The position numbers were made by a program, and so were the translations under genes. Below are positions 40,578 to 51,147 of a stretch of 64,000 bases of DNA, piece after piece (the first letter of the stretch is position 1; each line of letters starts with the position of its first letter). The notes beneath the pieces are model-generated. The model saw nothing but the letters and a program-made list of their open reading frames with translations. It had not been told where the DNA came from and did no database searches. The DNA is taken from the NCBI GenBank assembly GCA_018817585.1, contig JAHITE010000080.1, positions 5,774 through 69,773 on the forward strand, read 5' to 3'. Source of the DNA: Candidatus Omnitrophota bacterium. Lineage in GTDB: Bacteria > Omnitrophota > Gorgyraeia > B26-G9.

Positions 40578-40961
40578 ATGCTTATTAAAAATATAAGGTT
40601 TTTATTTTTTTATGCGGCGTGGTTTTTATTGTTAAACACGCATCTTTTAGCCGCTGACTTTTGTGTTGAGACCAGGCAGGATTTTTCCAACTTATCCCCG
40701 GTAATGGCGATATCGGAGCAGGGGCTCAGGAGTGCCGTAAAAGGGGAGGTTTTGAACGGCGGCAGGGTCGTGCTTGGCAAGGCAGGGACGTATTTTCTAG
40801 ATGTGAATTTTCGCCGCGATCCGGAACTCAGGCTTGATGAATATACCAATCGGATAATCGAACAATGTTTAGCGGGAAATTATACGCTTTTAGGAAACCT
40901 TCTATTTGGAACAGTTGATTTTGACAAAAACTATGATTACAAAAAGGCAAGAAAAAGATGA
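40578..40961 (+). CDS. Hypothetical exported protein, possibly truncated
   Basis: AGGAG upstream and an N-terminal signal-peptide-like stretch. Confidence 0.55.
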   Translation: MLIKNIRFLFFYAAWFLLLNTHLLAADFCVETRQDFSNLSPVMAISEQGLRSAVKGEVLNGGRVVLGKAGTYFLDVNFRRDPELRLDEYTNRIIEQCLAGNYTLLGNLLFGTVDFDKNYDYKKARKR

Positions 40962-41032
40962 AAATTCTTGCTGATACATGTATCTGGTCACAAGTTCTAA
41001 GACGTAAAAATCTGACAAAGGCAGCAAAATAG
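40958..41032 (+). pseudogene. N-terminal remnant of a PIN/VapC toxin
   Basis: MKILADTCIWSQVLRRK resembles the PIN start M..L.DT..WS..LRR and stops after 24 aa. Confidence 0.6.
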
Positions 41033-41157
41033 GTTGTTGAATAGAAAAATTCGCACTATAATATAACGAAAAGCAAAGATTTTTCTGCGGATGAATTAGA
41101 CGTTTAAGAAGAACTATAGAAAATTCGGGATACATTTTAAAAAAACGGCGGTGTAAT

Positions 41158-41715
41158 ATGAAATGGGATGTGTTTATTTGCCATGCAAATGAAGATAAAT
41201 TGACTTTTGTGGAGAAACTCGCTTATGAATTAAGAAACAAGGGCTTACGAGTATGGTACGACAATTTCGCATTGAAACTCGGCGATTCTTTAAGACGAAC
41301 AATTGATGAGGGTGTAGCAAAATCAAGGTATGGAATAGTGGTATTAAGCAAAGCATTCTTCGTTAAAAATTGGACACAGTATGAACTTGATGGTTTGGTG
41401 TATCGAGAGAATACCGGCGAAAAGATTATTCTTCCTGTCTGGCTTGATGTCTCATCGGTAGAAGTCGCGAAATATTCACCGTCTTTGGCAAACAAGGTTG
41501 CTGTTCGCGCTGAAGTCGGTACGGAAGAAGTTCTGCGAAAAATACTTGAAGTAATCAAGCCAGATATGGCGGAAGAATTTAGTGCTGCTTTTTCTAAAGC
41601 TTCGCGAACTGAAAGGCAAGATAGATTCGTGGAGTATCAACCTTCTGAAAACTTTCCGCCTCGACATGAGGTGTGGAAGTGGCCATGGAATACAACTCCA
41701 GGCTCGCAAGTTTGA
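41158..41715 (+). CDS. Stand-alone TIR-domain protein
   Basis: WDVFICHANEDK, VWYD, GDSLRRTIDEG, VVLSKAFF, WTQYEL (putative catalytic Glu), ILPVW. Confidence 0.9.
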   Translation: MKWDVFICHANEDKLTFVEKLAYELRNKGLRVWYDNFALKLGDSLRRTIDEGVAKSRYGIVVLSKAFFVKNWTQYELDGLVYRENTGEKIILPVWLDVSSVEVAKYSPSLANKVAVRAEVGTEEVLRKILEVIKPDMAEEFSAAFSKASRTERQDRFVEYQPSENFPPRHEVWKWPWNTTPGSQV

Positions 41716-41874
41716 AAGAAACAGAGGGTACAGACCTCGAAATGCGAAAGTAGCGAAAGAATCCGGGACCTGCTATCTTAGTTAATTTATTGACTAAGTA
41801 ATCGGATAGGCGTATCATTTATATATTATAATGGTGTGCTGAATATTAACTCAAGAACCACAATAGAGTGGAAA

Positions 41875-43206
41875 ATGTATAAGCTAAATTATCATCCAGG
41901 GGCCAGGCTTGTCTGGGCGGGTATAGTAACTGTTTTATTATACCTCGTTATTGCTTGCGCGGAAGTTTTTGCCGAGGTTCCGCGGACTGCGAGTCAAATT
42001 ACTATTATAGGTAACAGGCTTATGGTCGCGGTACGCCAGGAAGATGGAGTTTTGTCTGCTGCCCGCCCTTATATAATTAAAGGTTTGAGTTGGTCTGCGG
42101 CAACAAAAGCTCCTCATTCGGGGCCGAATCCGTATGCCCCGGAGGAAGAGGTCTCTTATGGATTCTTTTTTGATTGGCTGGGAAGAGAACCTCAGGGCAA
42201 TGAGCTTTTTAGTTACTGGTTTTCCCTTCAGTATAAAAAATATTATGCTACTGATATTCCCCTGATGAAAGAAATGAACGTCAATACAGTACGTGTATAT
42301 GCACATTTTGGGCTAGAAGGGGAATCTGACCTTCGGATACTGGATGAGTTATATAAGCATGGAATCATGGTGATTATGACTGTAGCTGTTTCAAGGAAAG
42401 ATTTGGAAAACGGCAGGTATCTTGAGGTAGTAAATATGTATAAAGATCATCCGGCAATTCTAATGTGGTCTTTAGGTAATGAATGGAATTTTGATCGCAA
42501 TAAATATTATGGATATGATACAGTATCCGAAGCTGCTTTAGCTACTCAAAATGCCGCGTTAAAAATAAAGGAGTTAGATACCCTGCATCCGGTATCTTCT
42601 TCTTTGGGGGATAGATTTATTGATGAGGTAAAAGAGAATACAATCGCGGCAATTCTCAAGGAGTGTCCGGCTGTGGATATCTGGGGACTTAATATCTATC
42701 GCGGCAAGAGCTTTGGTAATCTTTTTCATCAATGGAAAGAGTTATCGGATAAACCTGTGTATATTAGCGAGTTTGGGACAGATTCATTTAATACCCAAGA
42801 GTATAAATGTGTAAATGAATTTCAGGCAGTAGATTGCAGCGGCATAAATGATGAGGTTTTGCAGGCAGAGTATATAATTGTTTTATGGGATGAACTTACA
42901 AAAAATTTATCTGCCGCAGATGAAGATAAAATTTGTTTAGGCGGCCTGGTTCATGAGTTTAATGATAGCTTGTGGAAGGTCGGCTCTTACCATGTTCTTT
43001 TAGGCGGAACAGTTGATTACGGGGATCCGGATCAGAGATATTGTTATGAAGAATATAATACGCAGGGATTTGTTCTAATTGGCGGGCATCCTGATGATGT
43101 GGCGAATGAAGAGTATTTTGGAGTTGTTGACGCGCAGCGCAAGCCCAAGAAAACATTTTATGTACTAAAAGAATATTATGAAAGATTAAAATCGTTGGAG
43201 CAATAG
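41875..43206 (+). CDS. Exported clan-A glycoside hydrolase (GH2-like TIM barrel)
   Basis: Signal anchor, NTVRVY, HPAILMWSLGNEWN, ISEFG, NEEYFGV. Confidence 0.82.
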   Translation: MYKLNYHPGARLVWAGIVTVLLYLVIACAEVFAEVPRTASQITIIGNRLMVAVRQEDGVLSAARPYIIKGLSWSAATKAPHSGPNPYAPEEEVSYGFFFDWLGREPQGNELFSYWFSLQYKKYYATDIPLMKEMNVNTVRVYAHFGLEGESDLRILDELYKHGIMVIMTVAVSRKDLENGRYLEVVNMYKDHPAILMWSLGNEWNFDRNKYYGYDTVSEAALATQNAALKIKELDTLHPVSSSLGDRFIDEVKENTIAAILKECPAVDIWGLNIYRGKSFGNLFHQWKELSDKPVYISEFGTDSFNTQEYKCVNEFQAVDCSGINDEVLQAEYIIVLWDELTKNLSAADEDKICLGGLVHEFNDSLWKVGSYHVLLGGTVDYGDPDQRYCYEEYNTQGFVLIGGHPDDVANEEYFGVVDAQRKPKKTFYVLKEYYERLKSLEQ

Positions 43207-43369
43207 TTATCTTAAGCCTCATATTTTAAACTGTTAACAAATTTTCTACTTTACAACTCCTTATGATCTCCCCCTAATTACCGGACCACAGCTAGTTGGA
43301 CTTTTTCCACAACAAAGTTATGGAAAAACTATGCCGAAGCACAACTGCTTTGGAGAAACAGAAAATATA

Positions 43370-43763
43370 ATGAATACAAAAATATATTGGCTAAAGAAAA
43401 TAAGGATCGTATGGTTTTTTAACGTGCTGGCCTTCTTTGTTTTAACACTGCTGATTTTGCCGTTGCCTGTTTCTTTTGCCAAGCAAATAGTTGATAATCC
43501 TTGGCATGAAGATAGCAAGTCTTAAACAGGATTTTGCTAAACAGCAGATTATTTTATCCGCGGTTTTTTCTTATCTGAATGTGTTAAATAATGAAAAAAA
43601 GCTGCGGGCAGTTGAAGAGGATATTAATCTGGCGCAGCAAAAGGCTTATCGCCAGGATGTTTTGCAAAGCCTACATACGGCTTATTTCCAGCTAATGCGG
43701 GTTAATTACTTTTCCGCTATAGGTAAAACAGAGTTATTTTATTTAAATCGATTAGTGCGATAG
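43370..43763 (+). pseudogene. Degraded TolC-family outer-membrane efflux gene
   Basis: A signal-peptide ORF is followed out of frame by IILSAVFSYLNVL...EDINLAQ and AYFQL...AIG fragments. Confidence 0.45.
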
Positions 43764-43898
43764 GAGGTAAGAATGTATTATTTATTCTGAGTCGATTTTA
43801 GCTGTTTTAATTGACTGAGGATTATTAGTGAGATACAATAGCTATGCGAATCAAAGAAAGTGGATATTAAATGGATTACAAACAAAAGGATGGTAAAA

Positions 43899-44306
43899 AT
43901 GTCAGAATTTGAGTATAAACCAAACAAAGATAGAAAAAGGCAGCAATTTAAAAAACACGAGACTTCAGACCGGCATCAGGAAGAGACTGATCTGCCGACA
44001 ATGATTAAGAAAATGCAGCAGCAATTGGTGTTTTTGGAAAGAAAGATTGATTTACTGCTTGGACAGTCTCCAGCAAGACCGCAGCGTTCTGAAGGTTATG
44101 CCGGCAATTTCGGCTCTGGTAAAAGAGATGATAGCTTTGGCGAAAGAAGTTCTTATAAAGGCAGTAAGTCTTTTGCGCCAAGGAGAGGCTCGCGGGATAG
44201 CAAGCCTTTTGTGGCAAGAAGCGGTTCTCTGGACAGCAAGCCGGGCGAGAAAAGTTTTTTTAAAGGTAAAAAACCTTTTCCCTCAAAAAAAAGAGGCCGA
44301 AGTTAA
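43899..44306 (+). CDS. Hypothetical protein with a coiled coil and basic low-complexity tail
   Basis: MQQQLVFLERKIDLL followed by an R/G/S/F-rich disordered region. Confidence 0.7.
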   Translation: MSEFEYKPNKDRKRQQFKKHETSDRHQEETDLPTMIKKMQQQLVFLERKIDLLLGQSPARPQRSEGYAGNFGSGKRDDSFGERSSYKGSKSFAPRRGSRDSKPFVARSGSLDSKPGEKSFFKGKKPFPSKKRGRS

Positions 44307-44363
44307 GTCGGATCAGCAAAAGTCTATGGTTAAAAGCATTTTAGAGGAGTAAAAAGAAATTTT

Positions 44364-46508
44364 ATGGATAATCAATCCATTATTAAATATATCGGCTCAG
44401 AGCTTGAGCAATCCAGCAGCGCGGTTGAGAATACTGTTATATTATTGGAAGAAGGCGGAACAATTCCGTTTATTTCCCGTTATCGTAAAGAAAAAACCGG
44501 AGGGCTTAATGAAATTGTTATTCGCTCTATTTCCGAAAGATGGGACTATTATAAGGAACTGGAAAAAAGAAAAGAAACAATTGTTAAAACCATTGATGAA
44601 CAAGGGAAATTAACTCCAGCTCTGCGGAAACAGATATTAGAATGTAGAGATAAAACTAAATTAGAAGATATTTATCTGCCGTATAAGCCTAAACGCCGAA
44701 CTAAAGCAATGATTGCCGCGGAAAAAGGTTTGGGGCCATTGGCTGAGATTATGCTTAAGCAGGAAACACTGTCGCGGACAAAACAACAGCTTGTTCAGTT
44801 GTTTATAAATCCGGAAAAACAAGTGGAGACTTATGAGGACGCGGTTAAGGGAGCCTGCGATATTATCGCGGAACAGATCGCGGATGATGCTTTTATTCGC
44901 GGTTGGATTAGAGCGCAGGTTTTAGATAAAGCCTTGCTCCATAGTCAGGCAAAAAAACAATGGGCTGACAAAGAATCAAAATTTCAAAATTATTATGATT
45001 TTTCCGAGTTGTTGAAAAAATCCCCATCGCATCGGGTTTTGGCTATTCGCCGCGGGGCGATTGAAGGGGTCTTGATCTGGAAGCTTGAAATCGAAAAACC
45101 GCTGTTCATTGATTTTATTAAAACGCGGATCATTAAAAATCCCAACTGTTTGTTTTCTGAGGAATTGGCAGCGGCAGTAACTGATAGTTTTGACCGCCTG
45201 ATATTTCTTTCCATTGAGCGAGAGGTGTTTATGCTTAAACTTGAACAGGCGGAAAAAGAGGCGATTAATGTGTTTACGGATAATTTGCACAAATTGCTTT
45301 TGTCGGCGCCTGCGGGCAATAAAGTGATTATGGGTATTGATCCTGGATTTAGAACCGGATGCAAAGTGGTGGTGATTGACAGTAAGGGAGATTTTAAGGA
45401 ATTTACCGCGATTTATCCGCATGAGCATAAGCGCAAAGAACAAACAGCACAAATTCTCCTGGGATTTATTAAGAAATACCAAGTTGATATTATTGCTATT
45501 GGCAATGGCACGGCATCTAAGGAAACGGATATTTTCATCAGACAGTTGATCAAAGATCATAAATTGAAAATCAGCTCAGTTGTGGTTAGTGAAGCCGGAG
45601 CATCAGTTTATTCTGCCTCAGAAGTAGCCGCTAAGGAATTTCCGGATCAGGATGTTACGGTTCGCGGGGCAATAAGCATTGCCCGCAGACTGCAGGATCC
45701 TTTGGCGGAATTAGTGAAGATAGACCCTAAATCAATCGGCGTAGGGCAGTATCAGCATGATGTTAATCAGCATGCTTTAAAAAAGGCATTAGATCTAACT
45801 GTTGAGTCTTGTGTTAATTATGTTGGAGTAGAGCTTAATACAGCTTCTTGCGAATTACTTTCTTTTGTTTCCGGTATCGGGCAGACAGTGGCTAAAAATA
45901 TTGTTGATTTTCGCAGAGATAATGGTCCCTTTAAAAGCCGAAAAGATTTACTAAAGGTTGCTAAACTGGGGCCAAAAGTTTTTGAACAAAGCGCTGGGTT
46001 TCTAAGAATGAGGGAGAATTCATATCCTTTAGACAACTCGGCAATTCATCCCGAGGCGTATCCAATTGTTGAAAAAATCGCGCGGGATCACAATGTAAGT
46101 CTGGAAGAAATTATTGGCGATGAGAAGCTAATCGAGAATGTCGCGATTGATAATTATGTGACTGCTGAATTTGGCCGGCCGACTTTAGAGGATATTCTTA
46201 AAGAATTAAAAAAACCCGGACGTGATCCGCGTAAAGAGTTTAAAAGTATTATATTTTCTGATATAATTAATACTATAGAAGATCTTTCTCTGGGCATGAT
46301 TTTAGATGGGATTGTAACCAATGTAACTAATTTTGGCGCTTTTGTGGATATCGGGGTTCATCAAGATGGTTTGATTCATATTTCACAATTAAGCAATAGT
46401 TTTGTGCGTAACCCCCAAGATATAGTGTCAGTGGGAGACGAGGTTAAGGTTGAAGTATTAAAAGTGGAAATAGCTTTAAAAAGAATAGCATTAAAAAGAC
46501 TAAAATAG
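44364..46508 (+). CDS. tex: Tex/YhgF RNA-binding transcription accessory protein
   Basis: TIPFISRYRKEKTG, GIDPGFRTGCK, EAGASVYSAS, ARRLQDPLAELVKI, C-terminal S1 domain. Confidence 0.96.
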   Translation: MDNQSIIKYIGSELEQSSSAVENTVILLEEGGTIPFISRYRKEKTGGLNEIVIRSISERWDYYKELEKRKETIVKTIDEQGKLTPALRKQILECRDKTKLEDIYLPYKPKRRTKAMIAAEKGLGPLAEIMLKQETLSRTKQQLVQLFINPEKQVETYEDAVKGACDIIAEQIADDAFIRGWIRAQVLDKALLHSQAKKQWADKESKFQNYYDFSELLKKSPSHRVLAIRRGAIEGVLIWKLEIEKPLFIDFIKTRIIKNPNCLFSEELAAAVTDSFDRLIFLSIEREVFMLKLEQAEKEAINVFTDNLHKLLLSAPAGNKVIMGIDPGFRTGCKVVVIDSKGDFKEFTAIYPHEHKRKEQTAQILLGFIKKYQVDIIAIGNGTASKETDIFIRQLIKDHKLKISSVVVSEAGASVYSASEVAAKEFPDQDVTVRGAISIARRLQDPLAELVKIDPKSIGVGQYQHDVNQHALKKALDLTVESCVNYVGVELNTASCELLSFVSGIGQTVAKNIVDFRRDNGPFKSRKDLLKVAKLGPKVFEQSAGFLRMRENSYPLDNSAIHPEAYPIVEKIARDHNVSLEEIIGDEKLIENVAIDNYVTAEFGRPTLEDILKELKKPGRDPRKEFKSIIFSDIINTIEDLSLGMILDGIVTNVTNFGAFVDIGVHQDGLIHISQLSNSFVRNPQDIVSVGDEVKVEVLKVEIALKRIALKRLK

Positions 46509-46553
46509 TAAAATAATAAACGGATACAACTAATCAAACAAAGGAGGCTGTTT

Positions 46554-46649
46554 ATGGCAAAAAGTCATGATGCGAAAAAACAGGAAAAAAAGAAACCATT
46601 AAAAACCTTAAAAGAAAAAAGACTTGAGAAAAAAGCGAAAAAAGGCTGA
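46554..46649 (+). CDS. 31-aa lysine-rich small protein
   Basis: AAGGAGG RBS. It reads MAKSHDAKKQEKKKPLKTLKEKRLEKKAKKG. Confidence 0.7.
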   Translation: MAKSHDAKKQEKKKPLKTLKEKRLEKKAKKG

Positions 46650-46732
46650 TTAGATATTGAATTTGCTATTAGGTTTATGATTAAAGGTCACAAGGTAAAA
46701 GCAGGAAAAGTTATAAAGTTGAAAGTGAAAAG

Positions 46733-47188
46733 ATGCAGAAAGATTACAGACATTTAAATGAAATAGCTGAACCCGGTGTGTTTAAAAAATGGCAGGAAGT
46801 TGATGCTGTTATTTACGCGTTTACTGATCTGGGTATCAAGGTCGCAATAAATGATGAATACTCCGGACTGGTTTACGGAAACGAAGTGTATGATGAGTAT
46901 CATAAGGGGCAAAAAATAAAAGCATTTATAAAAGCAGTTCGGGCTGATGGTAAAATTGATGTTTCTTTGCAGCCGGAGCAGGGCAATCATGTGTTTTCAA
47001 CCGCGGATCGGATTTTTCAGGAGCTTGAACAGGCTGGCGGTAAATTGCGGTTTAATGATTTAAGCACTCCGGAAGAAATAAGAAACAGATTCCAAATCAG
47101 TAAGACAGTTTTTAAGCAAGCAATCGGCAAATTATACAAACAGCGAAAAATAATGATAACCGATAAAGGGATAGAGATTGTTAGGTAA
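46733..47188 (+). CDS. CvfB-like S1 plus winged-helix RNA-binding protein, short form
   Basis: RADGKIDVSLQ, PEEIRNRFQISKTVFKQAIGKLYK. Confidence 0.85.
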   Translation: MQKDYRHLNEIAEPGVFKKWQEVDAVIYAFTDLGIKVAINDEYSGLVYGNEVYDEYHKGQKIKAFIKAVRADGKIDVSLQPEQGNHVFSTADRIFQELEQAGGKLRFNDLSTPEEIRNRFQISKTVFKQAIGKLYKQRKIMITDKGIEIVR

Positions 47189-47423
47189 AGACAGGGTAAT
47201 CGAACGCGATTTAGGCGAACAGCCAATCAAGCAAATAATCCTAGAGTATAATTTAAAGCCGCATGATATAGTTGCCGCGTCCACAGAACAAATCACGCAT
47301 CTTATGATTAAACGCGCCAGCAAAGGCAGAAGGCTGACAAAGCCTGTGCGGATTAAAGTGCTTAATGCTTTAAATAAAGCGACAAGCAAATCTTTTGGCT
47401 TAAGCGATTTGTTTAACTATTAA
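47178..47423 (+). CDS. Conserved small hypothetical protein, possibly DNA-binding
   Basis: ERDLGEQP, DIVAASTEQITH, KGRRLT, DLFNY. Confidence 0.7.
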   Translation: MLGKDRVIERDLGEQPIKQIILEYNLKPHDIVAASTEQITHLMIKRASKGRRLTKPVRIKVLNALNKATSKSFGLSDLFNY

Positions 47424-47520
47424 ATAAGCTGATCTATCCGCGGAATCTTTAATCTAAGATTGAATAATAGTCAGATCTTTATATTGCTAGATATTTATCG
47501 GATGAAGGGAAAATAACTTC

Positions 47521-48213
47521 ATGTCTGAGCAAATAAAAACAGTAAATGAAAAAGTAATCAAAAACTGGCCGAAAGATGATCGTCCTCGGGAAAAATTACT
47601 TAAACACGGTGAACATACTTTAAGTAATGCCGAACTTTTAGCCATTCTTTTACGCACTGGCACAAAAGGGGCCAGCGCTTTGGATCTTTCCCGCAAAATT
47701 CTCCAGAAATTTAAAACATTCCGCGATATGGGACATACGGATAGTGCTCAGTGGAAAGATCTTAAGGGCTTGGGCAATGCTAAATTGGCCCAGATTCGCG
47801 CGGCAATTGAGATCGGCCGGCGTTTTGGCGAGGAAAAGCTCGCGGAAAAAATGAAAGTCAGCTCAGCCCAGGATATTATTGATCTATTGATGCCGCGAAT
47901 GCGTGATTTGAAAAAAGAAGTGTTTAAAGTTGTTTTGCTTAATTCCCAGAATCAAATCATTGAAATACTAGAAATTACTCAAGGCACAGTTAATCAGGCA
48001 GCTCCGATTATCCGGGAAATATTTCAAAAAGCTTTGCAATATTTTTCGGCTTCTATTGTTTGTGTGCACAATCATCCATCAGGCAATACTCAGCCGAGTA
48101 AAGAAGATCGAAGCTTTACTCAGGAGCTGATAAAGGCGGGGAATATATTACAGGTTAAAGTTCTCGATCATCTGATCATCGGGGATGGATGCTGGCAAAG
48201 TGTTTTGGATTAG
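47521..48213 (+). CDS. radC: RadC/JAB-domain protein
   Basis: DRPREKL, ELLAILLRTG, HNHPSG, VLDHLIIG. Confidence 0.95.
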   Translation: MSEQIKTVNEKVIKNWPKDDRPREKLLKHGEHTLSNAELLAILLRTGTKGASALDLSRKILQKFKTFRDMGHTDSAQWKDLKGLGNAKLAQIRAAIEIGRRFGEEKLAEKMKVSSAQDIIDLLMPRMRDLKKEVFKVVLLNSQNQIIEILEITQGTVNQAAPIIREIFQKALQYFSASIVCVHNHPSGNTQPSKEDRSFTQELIKAGNILQVKVLDHLIIGDGCWQSVLD

Positions 48214-48245
48214 AGCGTTAACCCGTTAACTCGCTAACTTTTTTC

Positions 48246-48276
48246 TGTGACCTTGTGACTTGTGTCCTGGTGACTC
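48246..48276 (-). repeat. Octamer tandem repeat (AGGTCACM family)
   Basis: The reverse strand reads GAGTCACC AGGACACA AGTCACA AGGTCACA. Confidence 0.6.
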
Positions 48277-48282
48277 GTAGAG

Positions 48283-49818
48283 TTACATCCTATCGCTTTT
48301 TTCCGGAACCATTTTTATTGCCCGGATTGGTCTTACTGGGCATTTTGTCTGGCAGATGCCGCAGCCAATACAAAGTTTTTCATCTATTTCCGGGCGTAAT
48401 AATAATTTTCCGTCAACAATTTCCTCTTTAATTTTTATCGCTTTATCCGGAATGGGGCAATGTTCTTCGCAGCCAATACATTCTTTATTTTTTGCCCAGG
48501 GTAAGCATGTTTCGCGATTAATTTTCGCAATACCCAGTTTCAGCGTTTGTTTTTTGGCTAAAGGGATTTTTTTTATCGCGCCAGTTGGACATACTTGGCT
48601 GCAGAGCGTGCAATTATATTCGCAATATCCAATATCCGCGATCAGCTGCGGGCTCCAGACACCCCGTGCTCCGCAAGCAACGATCACCGGTTGCAATCCA
48701 TTGGTCGGACATACTTTCATGCAATTGCCGCAGCGGATACAGCGGTTTAAAAATGTATCTTCTTTTAATGCCGCGGGCGGTCTGATGATATAAGGATGAC
48801 GGCTGTCCAGAAAATCTTGACTTGAAGATTTTTTTATGGCCAGCAGGCTAAGCGATGAAGTTAAGGTCATAATCAGAAATTCCCGGCGGGATATTCCTGA
48901 TTTTATTTCAGGAGTTTTAGCCTGAGGCTTTAATCTTAAAGCGTTAAAATGAAAAAAAGTTTCTTGAGTTGGGCAATCATATACGCAGTCCATGCATAAA
49001 ATACATTCAGATTTCAGGTAACTAAAATCTTTTTTTATCGCGCCCATCCGGCAGCGCGTATTGCATTTTCCGCAGGCAATACATTTTGTTACCACTCTTT
49101 TTAAGGGGCTGCATTTTGCCGCAAGCGCGTATAATCCTCCCAAAGGGCAAATTGTCCGGCACCAGAGGCGTGGGATATAAAAAGCAGCAAGTATAATAAG
49201 CAGGATATCCAGCAAAGTAATCCAGGAATGAGCAAAAAAGCTTATTTTTACTCCAAGAATCGATTGCTGTAAATCGCGGTATAGATCAAATAATCGCAAT
49301 GACAGATTAGAGGCTTTTAGCAAGCGGATAAAGCTATTGTCAATAATTAAGGTAATTGCCGGAATAAGATTTAAAGATACGAATCTGCCGAAAATAACTA
49401 TAGGATCAAATAGCCAGGAAATCTGTACTTTGAAAATGGCAAAACAAAATATTATTAGTAGAATCAAATATTTAAATTTTCTTACTTTGCGATTAGTTTT
49501 GTCCGGAGCAACAAATTTTTTTTTATTCAGCCAGTTCGCGAAATCCATGAAACTGCCCAAAGGGCAAACCCAGCCGCAAAAGTATCGGCCGATAATCATG
49601 CTTAGCAATAAAAGGATTAAGCTGTAAATAATTCCGGTTAGAACAATGCGTTCGCTGAGAGAGGAAATAATCATTAGCAGCGGATTAGTTTTAAAAAACA
49701 AATCAGAGGGCAAGGGGCTGGTTAGGGGATAGGTTGTTGTCCAGAGAATGTAGCCAAAGCCTAGAAAGAATATTATTTGAGAAAATCCGCGGATAAGCAC
49801 TAGTTTTTTAAATTTCAT
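48283..49818 (-). CDS. Membrane 4Fe-4S polyferredoxin (NapH/MauN-like plus NapG/MauM-like)
   Basis: FCGWVCPLG, WCRTICPLG, several CxxCxxC motifs, IRPPAA. Confidence 0.9.
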   Translation of the reverse strand: MKFKKLVLIRGFSQIIFFLGFGYILWTTTYPLTSPLPSDLFFKTNPLLMIISSLSERIVLTGIIYSLILLLLSMIIGRYFCGWVCPLGSFMDFANWLNKKKFVAPDKTNRKVRKFKYLILLIIFCFAIFKVQISWLFDPIVIFGRFVSLNLIPAITLIIDNSFIRLLKASNLSLRLFDLYRDLQQSILGVKISFFAHSWITLLDILLIILAAFYIPRLWCRTICPLGGLYALAAKCSPLKRVVTKCIACGKCNTRCRMGAIKKDFSYLKSECILCMDCVYDCPTQETFFHFNALRLKPQAKTPEIKSGISRREFLIMTLTSSLSLLAIKKSSSQDFLDSRHPYIIRPPAALKEDTFLNRCIRCGNCMKVCPTNGLQPVIVACGARGVWSPQLIADIGYCEYNCTLCSQVCPTGAIKKIPLAKKQTLKLGIAKINRETCLPWAKNKECIGCEEHCPIPDKAIKIKEEIVDGKLLLRPEIDEKLCIGCGICQTKCPVRPIRAIKMVPEKSDRM

Positions 49819-50780
49819 ACAGTTAGATCAAGGATGTTGGCTTGATCAAGATCAGCATTGCCCAAATCGCGGTTTATCGCGCTGGCGATATAGGGAATAG
49901 ACATGGGGTCATAACCCATAAGTTTGGCCGCATACGCGTCAGTTAAGACAGGCTCTGTGCCGACAATTAATTTTTGCGTAAGTTGGACATCTTCCAGATT
50001 TCCGCCTACCGGGCCATTGCGCAATAATACTCGGTAAGCATCAATCACGGTTAGGTCAGGATTAATGAAATTAGTCAGATCAGCCAGTTTTAGTCCAATA
50101 TCAGTGTGGATGTTTCCCCGCGAGCCTGAGCAAATGCCCATTAAGTTTTTCATGGAAAGGGTAAGCCCAGTGAGCCGATGATGTTTCATGATCGGGACAT
50201 TAATAAAAGTGTCGCACTCTAAAGCTTCGCGAAAAACCGGCCAGTTTTCCATGGGGCTTTGATAGGCAAATTTTGCTTGGCAGACATTCCAGGGGCTTGG
50301 AAAAAAGATATTAGCTTTATGTTCTTTGGCGATTTTCTGTATACCGCTATTATCATAACAGCGTTTAGCGTCATTGCAGCAATTATCAAAAATATTGACT
50401 CTTTTTGCTCCAGCTTGAAAACATAGATCAATTAAAGCGGCGATAACATCAGGATTTGTATTAGCGGCTTGTTCCGGGGTTCTGTCCCAAGCAATATTTG
50501 GTTTGATTAATACTGTGCTATTGGGTTTTACAAAATGTTCCATTCCTCCTATTGCCTGAATAGCTTTTAATGTAAGCTGATACGGATCACTCCCGGAAGC
50601 AGCGACTAAATCATAAGCAGTTTTAATGTTTTTTTTAATTCTGCCTGTTGAATCAGCGGGTAAGGCTAATGCGGCTTTAGCAATAATGCTTTCAGTAACT
50701 AATAAGCTGGCTCCGGAACAGAGTAATTTTAAAAATTCTTTTCTGGATATTTTTTTTTGAAATATTGAATCAAATTTCAT
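49815..50780 (-). CDS. DUF362 domain protein with Tat-like leader
   Basis: SRKEFLK, LIKPNIAWDR, ANTNP, LSMKNLMG. AGGAGG RBS before 50780. Confidence 0.88.
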   Translation of the reverse strand: MKFDSIFQKKISRKEFLKLLCSGASLLVTESIIAKAALALPADSTGRIKKNIKTAYDLVAASGSDPYQLTLKAIQAIGGMEHFVKPNSTVLIKPNIAWDRTPEQAANTNPDVIAALIDLCFQAGAKRVNIFDNCCNDAKRCYDNSGIQKIAKEHKANIFFPSPWNVCQAKFAYQSPMENWPVFREALECDTFINVPIMKHHRLTGLTLSMKNLMGICSGSRGNIHTDIGLKLADLTNFINPDLTVIDAYRVLLRNGPVGGNLEDVQLTQKLIVGTEPVLTDAYAAKLMGYDPMSIPYIASAINRDLGNADLDQANILDLTV

Positions 50781-50828
50781 GGCCGCCTCCTTAATCAATA
50801 AGTTTACCATTTAAAACATAGATGTTCA

Positions 50829-50975
50829 AGGCCACAAAGACACCAGGTCAAAAGCCAAAAGCAGGCAGTTAAAATATAATCTATTAGAGGCGTTGAGAAC
50901 TAAAATAGATTGATTTGGAGGTTTTACAAAAGTTTTTAACCTGGTGACTTTGTGACCCAGGTGACCTGGTGATTT
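50829..50975. repeat. Two oppositely oriented octamer repeat clusters
   Basis: Plus strand AGGCCACA AAGACACC AGGTCAAA. Minus strand AAATCACC AGGTCACC TGGGTCACA AAGTCACC. Confidence 0.6.
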
Positions 50976-51147
50976 ATAGATTAATTTTTAAAACTTGTGT
51001 AACCTGGGATATAAGAGTATAATCAATAAAGTAATAAGCAATACGTAATCCCGCATCAAAAGTGTAGGACAACAATATTCATGCCTAGATAGACAGCATA
51101 TCTTATTTGATCCCGTTATATATAGGCTGATAACAAAGAAAGACAGT

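Noticed and set aside
41158-41715. Complete Thoeris, CBASS or Pycsar system
   Set aside because: No ThsA, cyclase or other partner gene is adjacent.
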